IMG/VR virus record: IMGVR_UViG_3300037325_000203
Strand: one strand, 5' to 3'
DNA: 64,000 bases
Source: a virus
In this document: positions 10,710 to 20,072 of the stretch, in pieces
Layout: each line of letters starts with the position of its first letter
How positions within the stretch are numbered: the stretch's first letter is position 1
Made by a program: the position numbers and the translations under genes
Notes under the pieces: generated by a model
Database searches by the model: none
What the model was told of the DNA's origin: nothing
Seen by the model: only the letters and a program-made list of their open reading frames with translations

Positions 10710-10726
10710 ACGATACAAAAGTCGTG

Positions 10727-10755
10727 AAAAAGGGTGCATTTATGCACCCTTTTTT
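10727..10755 (+). terminator. Terminator (probably bidirectional)
   Basis: AAAAAGGGTGCA-TTTA-TGCACCCTTTTTT. Confidence 0.8.
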
Positions 10756-10757
10756 AT

Positions 10758-10832
10758 TGGTACCCTTAGCAGGAATCTAACCTGCACTTATCCTTTAGGA
10801 GAGGATTGTAATGTACATTTTACTATAAGGGC
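10758..10832 (-). tRNA. tRNA-Arg(CCT), divergent D/T loops
   Basis: ATCCT-CTCCTAA-AGGAT anticodon arm, CCA end. Confidence 0.7.
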
Positions 10833-10864
10833 GCTGGTTTAAATGAATAATTGATATTTAAATT

Positions 10865-12151
10865 TTAATCAGAGTCGCGTATAATCCTATTAGGATTGGT
10901 CAGTATAAAATCACCCCGCTCCTGCCCCACAGTCAATCCCCAAGTGGGCAATAATCTTTGTACCATTTTAGTATACAATGATCTCCGTGATGGTTCTTCG
11001 GCACTAAATTCAAGTGTACTGATTGCACTATGCGATTTAATAAATTCTCGCAATATATCGACTATCGTTGCCATTACAATAGCTGAATTTCCGATACCAG
11101 TAATTTTATACCCATCATATCCTTTGCCGGCCGCTTGAAACAAAACTTTCCATTCTTCTGAATAGTAATCGTCGGCGCTTGCAAAAAATATATAATCTTG
11201 TCCCTTAACAACAAAATGAGCGATGGCTAAGCCGAATTTATTTTGTTCCCATTCCCAGGGAACTGATTTATTTGTAAAGAGTTCATTTATTTGTGACTTG
11301 TTAATCTGACTTTCATTCGATAGCATAGGATTAGTTAACGTAAAATGTAAGCCGTCTGGGCTTTTATTAAAAGTCCAATCTGGCAACAATCGTTTTATCA
11401 TTCTTGTATATAATGCGTTACGTGATTCTTCTTTTGCAGTAAATCCTAAGGTTTCGATATTGGGATGACTTTTAAGAAAATCCTTCATAATGTCTACTAT
11501 CGTAGACATCACTGTGGCAGCATTTCCGGTACCTGTGAGCCCAAATCCGTTATTTCGTCTAGTGGCAGATCTGAATTCTGCTTCCCAAGATACCGTGTCA
11601 TCCGAGTAAGCATAAAACCTATATGTTTCATCTCCCACTGTAAAATCTGTTACGGCTTCTTCGGACCCATTGAACGACCACTCCCACGGGACAACACTAT
11701 TTTTAAATAATTCAGTTATCTTTCTAATTCGGGCTTCGTCTACTCGATCGGGATGAGTTATTGTAAAAATAGCATTATCTTCACTTTTTTCAACTTTCCA
11801 CGTAGGTAATAATCGATTTATCATTTTGGCATATAGTGACCTGCGAGACGACTCGTATGCGCTAAATTGTAGTTTTGTAGCGGTAGTATACAAGCGTAAA
11901 AAGTCTCGCATTATGTCTACAATAGTCGACATTACTGTTGCGGAACTACCTAGGCCGTTGATATTATATTGTGTGTCGTCTTGCTCCCCACTAAGTGCTG
12001 AAAAACTAATATACCATATTCCATCTACATGGCGTGCAACAAGCTCGTATGGTTCTCCGCTGATCTTGAATTCAGCAGTGGCTGCTGTGCCGCTTTTTTG
12101 TGCCCATGACCAAGGAATGTTGGTGTTAGTAAATAATTCAGTTAGTCGCAT
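10865..12151 (-). CDS. Protein of three tandem ~135-aa domains (ELF..PW.W..SR..LY family)
   Basis: Three internal copies of G.G.A..VMSTIVDI..FL..FSA.E.SR..LY. Confidence 0.85.
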   Translation of the reverse strand: MRLTELFTNTNIPWSWAQKSGTAATAEFKISGEPYELVARHVDGIWYISFSALSGEQDDTQYNINGLGSSATVMSTIVDIMRDFLRLYTTATKLQFSAYESSRRSLYAKMINRLLPTWKVEKSEDNAIFTITHPDRVDEARIRKITELFKNSVVPWEWSFNGSEEAVTDFTVGDETYRFYAYSDDTVSWEAEFRSATRRNNGFGLTGTGNAATVMSTIVDIMKDFLKSHPNIETLGFTAKEESRNALYTRMIKRLLPDWTFNKSPDGLHFTLTNPMLSNESQINKSQINELFTNKSVPWEWEQNKFGLAIAHFVVKGQDYIFFASADDYYSEEWKVLFQAAGKGYDGYKITGIGNSAIVMATIVDILREFIKSHSAISTLEFSAEEPSRRSLYTKMVQRLLPTWGLTVGQERGDFILTNPNRIIRDSD

Positions 12152-12164
12152 ATCATTACTCTAG

Positions 12165-12605
12165 TTATTTGTATCCACGGTAACTCGCATCGACCCTAGG
12201 TGCTGTGAGAGTAAACTCCGATCCTAGATTTATAGTTTCCATTTTCCAGGTAGGCAATAGACGACGAACCATTTTGGCATACAGGGACCGTCTGGATGGT
12301 TCGTCGGCACTAAACTCTATGGATTCGATTTCAGGGCGAGATGATAAAAAGTTTCGCATTATGTCGACAACAGTGGACATAACGGTAGCAGAGCTGCCTG
12401 TGCCAGTTATTCCGACTCGTACGTTGTAATACCCGTCAACGGCAAAAAATTGGATATTCCATTTCCTCAACGCATCTTCTACTTCATATGCAACGAACTT
12501 ATAATTAGTGTCGTTGACAACAAAGCTAGTCGAAGCTTTAGATATTGTATCTTTTTCCCACTGCCAAGGCGCTGCGCCTTGTCTGAATAGTTCGTCAATT
12601 CTCAT
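12165..12605 (-). CDS. Single-domain paralog of the same family
   Basis: GITGTGSSATVMSTVVDIMRNF..FSADEPSRRSLY. Confidence 0.85.
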   Translation of the reverse strand: MRIDELFRQGAAPWQWEKDTISKASTSFVVNDTNYKFVAYEVEDALRKWNIQFFAVDGYYNVRVGITGTGSSATVMSTVVDIMRNFLSSRPEIESIEFSADEPSRRSLYAKMVRRLLPTWKMETINLGSEFTLTAPRVDASYRGYK

Positions 12606-12629
12606 AATTATAATAAAACACGATGCCTG

Positions 12630-13064
12630 TCAAGGCTCTGACTCAATGACTGAAGGGTGAAACAATTTAAAATTTTTGCCAGATTTATCTTTTACCAATT
12701 TCCATGTTGGTAACAATCTCTGCACCATATGAGTATACAGTCTGTTGCGGGAGAACTCCTTAGCAGAAAATGTCAATACTAAAATGTCGGGCTTCTTCTT
12801 TAGAAAATCTCGTGTAATGTCAACCACAGTAGTCATTACCATTGCGGCGTTACCAGTTCCGGTTACTTCATACCGGTTATGGAGAAATTCTGAATTATTG
12901 ACTCGAAACTCGAGTTCCCACTCGACCGGATCTCTCACAGTGTAATACGAATAGAATGAGTATTCTATATCTCCAACCATGAATTTGGCTTCTGCATCTG
13001 TGGCACTTATATAATACCACTTCCATGGTACAGGAGTATTTGTGAATAATTCAACTAATTTCAT
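12630..13064 (-). CDS. Single-domain paralog of the same family
   Basis: VTGTGNAAMVMTTVVDI..FSAKEFSRNRLY; late motif 4 nt upstream. Confidence 0.85.
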   Translation of the reverse strand: MKLVELFTNTPVPWKWYYISATDAEAKFMVGDIEYSFYSYYTVRDPVEWELEFRVNNSEFLHNRYEVTGTGNAAMVMTTVVDITRDFLKKKPDILVLTFSAKEFSRNRLYTHMVQRLLPTWKLVKDKSGKNFKLFHPSVIESEP

Positions 13065-13135
13065 TACTTATTTATCAGAAATTAGTATTTTTCTTTAGAC
13101 GACATTAATGTACTGACTATTCTAATATTATTCGA

Positions 13136-13224
13136 TGGAGGAAAATAACGGAATCGAACCGTTCCCTGTTTTCACAAAGAGTCGAACTTTCCAAGTTCGT
13201 TGCGACCCAGTCGCACTATCTTCC
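13136..13224 (-). tRNA. tRNA-Ser(GGA)
   Basis: CGAAC-TTGGAAA-GTTCG, long variable arm, U73 discriminator. Confidence 0.8.
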
Positions 13225-13252
13225 AATGCGCTATGTATCAAAGAACACACAT

Positions 13253-13492
13253 TCAGAGTTTTATTAATTCTTTCTCTAATCCCGAGTATCCGCCTAACAC
13301 AAGTTGCCCGTCTATAAAAATCTGAGGTACCGCCCTGACTTTATTCCCAATCCGGGTTTCTAATAGTCGCATATTAGATGTTTTGTCTATATCTACGTAT
13401 TCATATTGCAGAAGCTTTATCTTACATAATTCAACAGCCTTTTTGCAATACCCGCACCAGTCGGCACCATAGATTTCGATTTTCATAGACAT
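13253..13492 (-). CDS. Glutaredoxin
   Basis: WCGYC, VPQIFIDG..LGGY. Confidence 0.92.
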   Translation of the reverse strand: MSMKIEIYGADWCGYCKKAVELCKIKLLQYEYVDIDKTSNMRLLETRIGNKVRAVPQIFIDGQLVLGGYSGLEKELIKL

Positions 13493-13561
13493 TTGCTCCT
13501 TAGAACATTACTTATCGAAGTTAGTCTATATCCGACATTATAGCGAATTAGACTAGCTGTG

Positions 13562-13774
13562 TTACTCGATAATTGACATGAATTCCAATTTCCCATCCGG
13601 ATATTCGAATATCCCAATTGCCTCTGCTTTCCTGTTAAAAAATGGATTCCTCTTAGGGGATTCGTCAATCTTCATTACGATAACATTCTTACGATATGTT
13701 TCTGTTATCTTTATAATCGTGCCTTTAAACCCATAGAATGTTATCTTACCACCCTCGCTAAAAAATGATTTCAT
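13562..13774 (-). CDS. Hypothetical protein
   Basis: 70-aa ORF co-oriented with neighbours. Confidence 0.55.
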   Translation of the reverse strand: MKSFFSEGGKITFYGFKGTIIKITETYRKNVIVMKIDESPKRNPFFNRKAEAIGIFEYPDGKLEFMSIIE

Positions 13775-13779
13775 GTTAG

Positions 13780-14307
13780 TTAAAATGTGCTTAACACTAA
13801 ATGTATTCTTGTTGTTTTTCCGGAGTTAACAAATGTATGTCGGTTTCTTGTATCAGTGAAATATAAATACCCATCTGCGGGTATATGAACTGCCAGCCTC
13901 TCACTACTAAATAAAAAAACACAATCATCGTTTGTTTCTATTGCCATATGATATCTTGTCAGTACATCTTTATGGGTGGTATATACAAATTGAGGTCCCA
14001 TTGTCATAATTCTTAAACGACAAATATTCATATGCTTTGATAAATCCATATACATATTGTGCAGTTCGGTATTGACAAACTTTTTGTTAAATATGCAAAA
14101 CCTTTTATCGGGATGCAACTGGGTGTTATGTTTTGTGACATTTACTGCACCAGCCGACTCAAACACCTTATCAGCTTCCGTAACAGCAGATTCGGAATGC
14201 ATTAGCCCTATTTGTTGCGGGTTATCATAATCATTTAGCATCTTTAAGACCTCGGCCCTGATCAAAGGTAGGTTGTACTGAAAATTTGTTTTGTGTAGTA
14301 AATCCAT
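13780..14307 (-). CDS. Asp/Asn beta-hydroxylase-like 2OG-Fe(II) oxygenase
   Basis: RLRIM..HKD..RYH..HTFVN..RIHLV. Confidence 0.75.
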   Translation of the reverse strand: MDLLHKTNFQYNLPLIRAEVLKMLNDYDNPQQIGLMHSESAVTEADKVFESAGAVNVTKHNTQLHPDKRFCIFNKKFVNTELHNMYMDLSKHMNICRLRIMTMGPQFVYTTHKDVLTRYHMAIETNDDCVFLFSSERLAVHIPADGYLYFTDTRNRHTFVNSGKTTRIHLVLSTF

Positions 14308-14337
14308 ATGTTTGCGTTATTGTTATATAAATAGTTA

Positions 14338-14778
14338 GTGTACTTTGAATACTTAGATTTGCCTGCTATACCCGTTGCATTAATTGAAGCTGATTCCACT
14401 GGTATTGAACTACGGGAAAATATTTTTAGAAACCCAGAATATAAATTTTACAAGCAATACCGTGTATCGGAAGATATTACCGATTTCCTAAAAACAATAT
14501 TTACCTATAATTTTCATGCCTCTTATCAAGTCATTAGATCCGGAATTAGCATACATAAAGACGGAGGCAGGACCAATGCAATAAATTACATTCTATCCCA
14601 GGGCGGAGATAATGCATCTTTAAATATTTATGATGATGACAAAAGAAGTATATTACATAGAGAAATTATCAAAAAACATAAATGGCACCAAATAGATGTT
14701 AGTAAGTTTCATAACGTCACAAATATAACCGGGGTTAGAATGTCTGTGACGGTTGTTAAGATCCACGATATTAGATAA
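14338..14778 (+). CDS. Putative 2OG-Fe(II)/cupin oxygenase
   Basis: IHKD..AINYIL..WH.IDV..HNV..R; TATAAATA upstream. Confidence 0.65.
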   Translation: MYFEYLDLPAIPVALIEADSTGIELRENIFRNPEYKFYKQYRVSEDITDFLKTIFTYNFHASYQVIRSGISIHKDGGRTNAINYILSQGGDNASLNIYDDDKRSILHREIIKKHKWHQIDVSKFHNVTNITGVRMSVTVVKIHDIR

Positions 14779-14784
14779 TTTTAT

Positions 14785-15033
14785 CTACTTTACCTTAATC
14801 CTACTTGCTGCAATCATTAATTCTGCAATTCTTGCTGCCTCATCATCTGCATAAATCCCATTACGTTTCTTTAATGCTAACAGTTGTTCTTTTATCCATA
14901 ATGGAAAATGAGTACCTGTTAGGCTATTGATATCATCCTCAGAATATTCGTCGATGTTATCCAATATTTCCTGCAATGCAGGTTTTTTCTTCATCTTCTT
15001 AAAAAATTTGTCAGGGTTATAAAAGCTTCGCAT
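14785..15033 (-). CDS. Hypothetical protein
   Basis: 82-aa ORF; late motif upstream. Confidence 0.6.
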   Translation of the reverse strand: MRSFYNPDKFFKKMKKKPALQEILDNIDEYSEDDINSLTGTHFPLWIKEQLLALKKRNGIYADDEAARIAELMIAASRIKVK

Positions 15034-15109
15034 AATTATGTGTTCCGATACAAGTATTTATCATTGTATAAATACTATTATAATTATATTACGGGACAAC
15101 AAACAACTC

Positions 15110-16507
15110 ATGAGACATATTATTTTCCTAAACGGAATTTGGCCAAATAGTCATCTGGCAATACCAAAGCAATACACTCGCTCTATAGGACCTTATCAAC
15201 TAAAACACTGGTTAAGCCATTTTGGATTCAGTTGCCAGGTTATCGACTATTGTCAGTTGCTAACACATAAGGAAATAGTCGAGTATGTGTCAAAATTTCT
15301 ATCTGCAGATACTATAGCAATTGGCGTGTCGACTACATTCTGGCCAACTTCTGTCAAAATACCCAATAATATAAAAGTTGCCATTGAGCACATAAAATCC
15401 GAATGGCCGAATATAAAAATTATATCGGGCGGGGCAAGGACAGTGGATATGCCAACATTATTCGATAAACATTTTTCAGGTGAATCAGAGAATGGATTAG
15501 TGGCATGGTGTCAGTCGCATGTTAAAAAATCATCTCTCTTAAATAAAAAATTTGATATAACAAAAAACAGCCACCGGTTCGATTACAGAGATGCAATAAT
15601 GCCCAGTGAGGCGCTGCCTATTGAACTAGGGCGTGGGTGCATATTTAAGTGCAAATTTTGTTCACATCATAATCTTGGTAAACCTAAATTTACATACCAG
15701 CGTCAGTTCGAGTATATATTAGATGAAATAGAATATAACAAAAAATGTTTTAATACAGACAAGTACATGCTGCTGGATGACACAGTAAATGAAGATCTAG
15801 ACAAGCTCAGGAATCTTGCAAATACAAAAAAAAGTCTCGGATTTGATATCGAGTGGACTGGGTATTTAAGAGCGGACCTTGTCTGGGCAAAACCAGAAAG
15901 TGTCGATTTGTTAGCTCAGAGTGGGTTGAGGAGTTGCTTCTTTGGTATCGAAACTTTTAATAAAACTGCAGGTAAGTCCATTGATAAGGGCTGGGCGTCA
16001 AAGCATGGTAAGGAATATATACCAAAACTTTATACCGAATTGTGGAATAAAAAGATAAACATTCATCTCAACTTTATTGCAGGATTACCCGGTGAATCTC
16101 TCATCACACTACAGGACTCATTAGAATGGTGTAAGATTCACGATATAGGATATCATAGATTTGTTCCACTAACATTATACGTTGAGAAGCAAGATAAGTT
16201 TGCTTCTTCCGAATTTACTAGAAATTATAAAGATCATGGATATACGAATGTAAATGAAACCACTGGCTACTGGGAATCAACAGAAATGACATTACCTGAA
16301 GCTACTTTATTTTGTAAAAATTCCGAACGGTCGCTTACAACTGTAAACAGAGTCTCATCGTGGGACGTCTTCTCAATGAGTAATTTAGGATTTACTACCG
16401 ATGAAGTAATGCAATGGAATTCCACTAAGTACATGTGGGCCATTTTTAGCAATAGATTAAAATTTAAAAATCTATATCTGGAACAACTAAGTAATATTCC
16501 AGATTAA
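15110..16507 (+). CDS. B12-binding-domain radical SAM enzyme
   Basis: GRGCIFKCKFC, DDTVN, FFGIETF, FIAGLPGE; likely start MRHII. Confidence 0.88.
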   Translation: MRHIIFLNGIWPNSHLAIPKQYTRSIGPYQLKHWLSHFGFSCQVIDYCQLLTHKEIVEYVSKFLSADTIAIGVSTTFWPTSVKIPNNIKVAIEHIKSEWPNIKIISGGARTVDMPTLFDKHFSGESENGLVAWCQSHVKKSSLLNKKFDITKNSHRFDYRDAIMPSEALPIELGRGCIFKCKFCSHHNLGKPKFTYQRQFEYILDEIEYNKKCFNTDKYMLLDDTVNEDLDKLRNLANTKKSLGFDIEWTGYLRADLVWAKPESVDLLAQSGLRSCFFGIETFNKTAGKSIDKGWASKHGKEYIPKLYTELWNKKINIHLNFIAGLPGESLITLQDSLEWCKIHDIGYHRFVPLTLYVEKQDKFASSEFTRNYKDHGYTNVNETTGYWESTEMTLPEATLFCKNSERSLTTVNRVSSWDVFSMSNLGFTTDEVMQWNSTKYMWAIFSNRLKFKNLYLEQLSNIPD

Positions 16508-16620
16508 CGTCTAATTTTTTAGTGTCATATTCAAAGAGATATGCGCCGTTACTGCATATAACGAAGTTAATTCGGTGTGTAGCCTGTTTGTGTGAGTAAT
16601 GCCTCGAGTGTATACATATT

Positions 16621-16695
16621 TGGTGCATCCTGTAGGAATTGAACCTACTGCCCTCACGATGTCAACGTAATGCTCTGCCAATGAGCTAAGGATGC
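16621..16695 (-). tRNA. tRNA-Val(GAC)
   Basis: Canonical cloverleaf, TTGACAT loop, ACCA. Confidence 0.85.
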
Positions 16696-16696
16696 G

Positions 16697-16927
16697 TTAT
16701 TTTATTCTAGTTGCAGGATAATTATTCTTTATCTTTTGATGGTAGTATCTACCAATAGACGGCGCCTTAGTCCACTGCTCGAATGTTGCGCGTGTTATTC
16801 CCGAAAATGTAAATCTTCTACCATTTGACAAACTCATTGTCAACAACTTATTAGCTCGACTATATCTTAAGTCAGTAATCCACGTAGATTCAACCGGCTT
16901 TTCGTTTAATAGTTCAGATACTCTCAT
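16697..16927 (-). CDS. KTSC-domain protein
   Basis: VESTWITDLRY..L.NGR.F..APSIGRYY..IK. Confidence 0.8.
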   Translation of the reverse strand: MRVSELLNEKPVESTWITDLRYSRANKLLTMSLSNGRRFTFSGITRATFEQWTKAPSIGRYYHQKIKNNYPATRIK

Positions 16928-17396
16928 GCCTCACATACTCGACAAATTTATAATTATACAGCTCATTATGACCATCCACTAAACTATTTATCTTCCAAGT
17001 TGCCAAATCTATTGTAGGGAAAAATGTGTCTGCGTTAGTGTTTGCATCCACATGAGTAATAACTAATTTATCAGCAAGGTCGATAGTTTGCGCATATATT
17101 GATGCACCACCTATCACTACTATTTCCGGGAAACAATGCTCGACGGACAAAGCGTCTTTAATACTGCCGGCGTGAACTGCCATAGTGCCCTGATACTTTG
17201 TGTGAGATATTACAATGCATTTTCTGCCTGGGAGGGACTTACTACTAACAATGGCAAACGTATTGATTCCCATCACAATGATTTTTTCCATTGTGTAGGA
17301 TTTAAAATGCCTCATGTCATCGGGTATATGCCATAATAGTTTATTTCTGTTCCCGATTTCGTTGTTGCGGCCAACTGTAGCGATTAATGTTATCAA
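16914..17396 (-). CDS. folA: Dihydrofolate reductase
   Basis: IG..NKLLWHIPDDM.HFK, LPGR, VIGGASIY, ADTFFP. Confidence 0.92.
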   Translation of the reverse strand: MITLIATVGRNNEIGNRNKLLWHIPDDMRHFKSYTMEKIIVMGINTFAIVSSKSLPGRKCIVISHTKYQGTMAVHAGSIKDALSVEHCFPEIVVIGGASIYAQTIDLADKLVITHVDANTNADTFFPTIDLATWKINSLVDGHNELYNYKFVEYVRHESI

Positions 17397-17406
17397 GTGT
17401 TTATCC

Positions 17407-17496
17407 TGGAGGAAGATAACAGAATCGAACCGTTACCGTTTCGTCGACGATGAAACGGTTTTCAAGACCGTGTACATTCTATAGGGCCTATCTTCC
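17407..17496 (-). tRNA. tRNA-Ser(TGA), degenerate D arm
   Basis: ACGGT-CTTGAAA-ACCGT, long variable arm, U73. Confidence 0.65.
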
Positions 17497-17528
17497 GATT
17501 TTATGGTAGGAACGGAGGTAGAGTATAT

Positions 17529-17603
17529 TGAGCGGCGTAACGGGTTCGAACCGTTGACAGTCAGATTGGAAATCTGAAGCTCTACCAACTGAGCTAACGC
17601 CGC
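17529..17603 (-). tRNA. tRNA-Gly(TCC), no encoded CCA, inside 23-bp inverted repeat
   Basis: TCAGA-TTTCCAA-TCTGA. Confidence 0.85.
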
Positions 17604-17646
17604 TCAATATACTCTACCTCTATCCCCTAAACCAATCCTGGTTAAT

Positions 17647-17892
17647 TTATTCCCTAATGGACAAGTTACGATAAAACTGCTCTCTCTTAATATTTTCTGC
17701 TTCTCGAATATAAAATCTACCTAGTTCATCAAGTTGAGAAGGTGTCATAAACATATCACTTACTCCACGAACCATATCTTCAGATACATAATTTTCAATC
17801 TTTACGTATACAGCTTGTGTATGTTTGTCACTTTCTCTGACTGTTACATGGAGTGAGAATGAATTATTAACAGATATACTAAGCATTGCCAT
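17647..17892 (-). CDS. Hypothetical protein
   Basis: GAGGT RBS, 81 aa. Confidence 0.6.
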   Translation of the reverse strand: MAMLSISVNNSFSLHVTVRESDKHTQAVYVKIENYVSEDMVRGVSDMFMTPSQLDELGRFYIREAENIKREQFYRNLSIRE

Positions 17893-17914
17893 ACTGGCAC
17901 CTCTTTCTATTAAA

Positions 17915-17990
17915 TGGTGCTGAATGTCGGATTCGAACTGACCACATCCGCCTTACAAGAGCGGCGCTCTACCAAATGAGCTAATCCAGC
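17915..17990 (-). tRNA. tRNA-Thr(TGT)
   Basis: CCGCT-CTTGTAA-GGCGG. Confidence 0.88.
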
Positions 17991-18227
17991 GTATACCTAC
18001 TATGTATCTATTATAATACTATTTATGCTATTAGTCAATTATACCAGTAATTTCACCTATAATTAAAAATATTAGAGGTGTGTTATTACACCAAAGATTC
18101 TAAGACATAATATACACATTGTATCAATAACCATGCCGGGCAGCAGGATACTTGGTTCGACTTTTATAGTAAAACATATGTATAACATCGACCCGAGACT
18201 TTTACCACTGTTCGGCGGCAGGCTTAA

Positions 18228-18290
18228 TTAGTAGGAGTTCGCTTCTCACTCTTTAAAGGATGGCCACTTCTAAGCCCACCTCCCTCTAAC
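18228..18290 (-). ncRNA. 23S rRNA H43/H44 (L11-binding, GTPase-associated centre) mimic
   Basis: GGAGGTGGGCTTAGAAGTGGCCATCCTTTAAAGAGTG closely matches the recalled bacterial 23S ~1055-1091 consensus. Confidence 0.7.
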
Positions 18291-18297
18291 ACTCAGC

Positions 18298-18329
18298 AGA
18301 ATAGGAGCCTTACGCTCCTATTCTTTTTT
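18298..18329. terminator. Hairpin after DUF2828 gene
   Basis: AGAATAGGAGC-CTTAC-GCTCCTATTCT plus T run. Confidence 0.7.
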
Positions 18330-18337
18330 AGGACTTC

Positions 18338-19738
18338 TTAGAAATCATAGCGGGCGGTCATTACAGTTTTAAGCATAATGCTGATTGGTGTCATTTCTTC
18401 GCCACCCAATACCGACTTAACGATGCTTGGGCTAAAGCCTGACACCAAGGCTGCACCTGACTCGTTGTAAGTCACTGGACTGTTGCCGGCGCGGCCATTC
18501 AGGTTCCAGAACACAATCTGTGGCATCTCGTATCCAGCATTATTGAACTCTTGTTTTACCATTTCCATAGCGCTAACACTCACGCCCCGAGAATTGGTCG
18601 AAACGCATTGATTAAATTCCATGTCAGACAGGATAAGGAGTTTGCTCGGCATTTCGCTCTGCGGTACACCGTGCTTAACGCCGGCGTTAAGCACCAGTTT
18701 AAACACTGCCTGAATGTTTGTGCTCATTCCCCAATCGGTTCGGGCCATCTGCTCGTAGCGCTGTATTAGGTTACCCGACACCTTTTGCAAAGAAGGGGTA
18801 CTACTAAAAGTAACAAATTGGTCCTTGAAAGCTCCACTTAGTCGTTCGGACAGATATAGTCCCAGAGAGATAGATACGTCCATAGCAGTTACACTACCAG
18901 ACACTTCGACGCCACTCATGGAGCCCGAGACATCTACGATTGGCAGAATATTTTCTCTTGACCCTTCGAGGTAGTTCGGCAGTGCCGCCCATTGTGCATT
19001 CGCCACAGTTGGGTCACCGTTGTTCAATGAACGAATAACATCGTATGGATATGCAACAGATGCATTGATCTTTGCCTCACCCGTAGCCAACTTAGCTTTG
19101 TAGTCGCCGTATCCCGCAGGATCATGCTTCAAGAAAGCTTTTTGGTAGCGCCCGGCGGCGACTGAGGGAACATGCGGATACACAATGCCAGTCCAGTCTT
19201 GCGCACACATTTTCTGCTCAACCGTGTTAGACAGACCGACCAGCAACTTACGGTACTGTTTCGGGGTCAATTTCAAGTAAGAGCGGATCTTGTTTGCTTC
19301 TGCACCCTGTCGAGGCATCCATTTTGCACACAATCCATCTCGGGTCTCGTTCAGTGCAAACGCAATCATGCGGAGAGCTTCGCGTTCGATGGGCGAACCG
19401 AATGCAACTAGCACATCATCCCACCGACCAAGTTCGGGCGCCTTTACCAGAACTCGGGAAGCGCTTGCCGGTTCGTTCTTCAGGATATAACTAAACAATT
19501 TCCGGAATGTATCGCGCTCACCTGCGCCGCCTCTTGCATCTCGGGCCCATTGCAATACACGAATTGCCACTTCCGAGTCTTCGACAAATGCCCCTACAAA
19601 AGTAGAGGTGATATCTTTACCGCGGCTCGCGCCGGCGAGAAAGAACAAGTCAACGTTCTTGTTCAACGAAGATGCGTTAGTAACTGCGCCGTTGGCAGTT
19701 GTAGCAGATGAATTTACGGCTTCAAATAGTGTTGTCAT
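18338..19738 (-). CDS. DUF2828-family protein with C-terminal vWA domain (possibly Ro60/TROVE-like)
   Basis: T.NGA, RDARGGAGER..F, GRWDD, AKWMPR, DVSGSM MIDAS, LSDMEF, FWNL, VSGFSP. Confidence 0.85.
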   Translation of the reverse strand: MTTLFEAVNSSATTANGAVTNASSLNKNVDLFFLAGASRGKDITSTFVGAFVEDSEVAIRVLQWARDARGGAGERDTFRKLFSYILKNEPASASRVLVKAPELGRWDDVLVAFGSPIEREALRMIAFALNETRDGLCAKWMPRQGAEANKIRSYLKLTPKQYRKLLVGLSNTVEQKMCAQDWTGIVYPHVPSVAAGRYQKAFLKHDPAGYGDYKAKLATGEAKINASVAYPYDVIRSLNNGDPTVANAQWAALPNYLEGSRENILPIVDVSGSMSGVEVSGSVTAMDVSISLGLYLSERLSGAFKDQFVTFSSTPSLQKVSGNLIQRYEQMARTDWGMSTNIQAVFKLVLNAGVKHGVPQSEMPSKLLILSDMEFNQCVSTNSRGVSVSAMEMVKQEFNNAGYEMPQIVFWNLNGRAGNSPVTYNESGAALVSGFSPSIVKSVLGGEEMTPISIMLKTVMTARYDF

Positions 19739-19748
19739 AATTTATCTC

Positions 19749-19783
19749 CAGAATTAATATTTAAAATTTGCTGTTTGAATTCT
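19749..19783 (-). promoter_or_regulatory. CAGCAA stem element overlapping DUF2828 RBS
   Basis: AGAATT-CAAACAGCAA...AATTCT-GGAG-ATAAATT-ATG. Confidence 0.65.
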
Positions 19784-19814
19784 TAAAAACATAGTATGTG
19801 ACAATTTACATGCT

Positions 19815-20045
19815 ATGTCAGGGGCGGCTACTCAAAAAGATACCAAATTGTTATTAGGTAATACAGAGGATCATCATATATTACCTAAATGCTTCAATCT
19901 CTGTGGAGAGAAAGATATAGAAAACTTTGACTTTCTTACTGTTAAGGGGCATTTTGTTGTGCATCATCCCGTGGATCAAAGTCTGTTCGAGAAATCAACA
20001 CCAACACATCATCGATGTCTACTTTGCCATCCACTATATCTCTAA
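19815..20045 (+). pseudogene. Degenerate HNH endonuclease fragment
   Basis: HHILPKC..GEKD.EN..LT.K.HF..H remnant only. Confidence 0.55.
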
Positions 20046-20072
20046 CGCAACGGCTATAACTAAGTCCAGTTT

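Noticed and set aside
18228-18290. Host rRNA operon or contamination
   Set aside because: Only about 55 nt resemble 23S, H44 is remodelled and flanks are phage-like.
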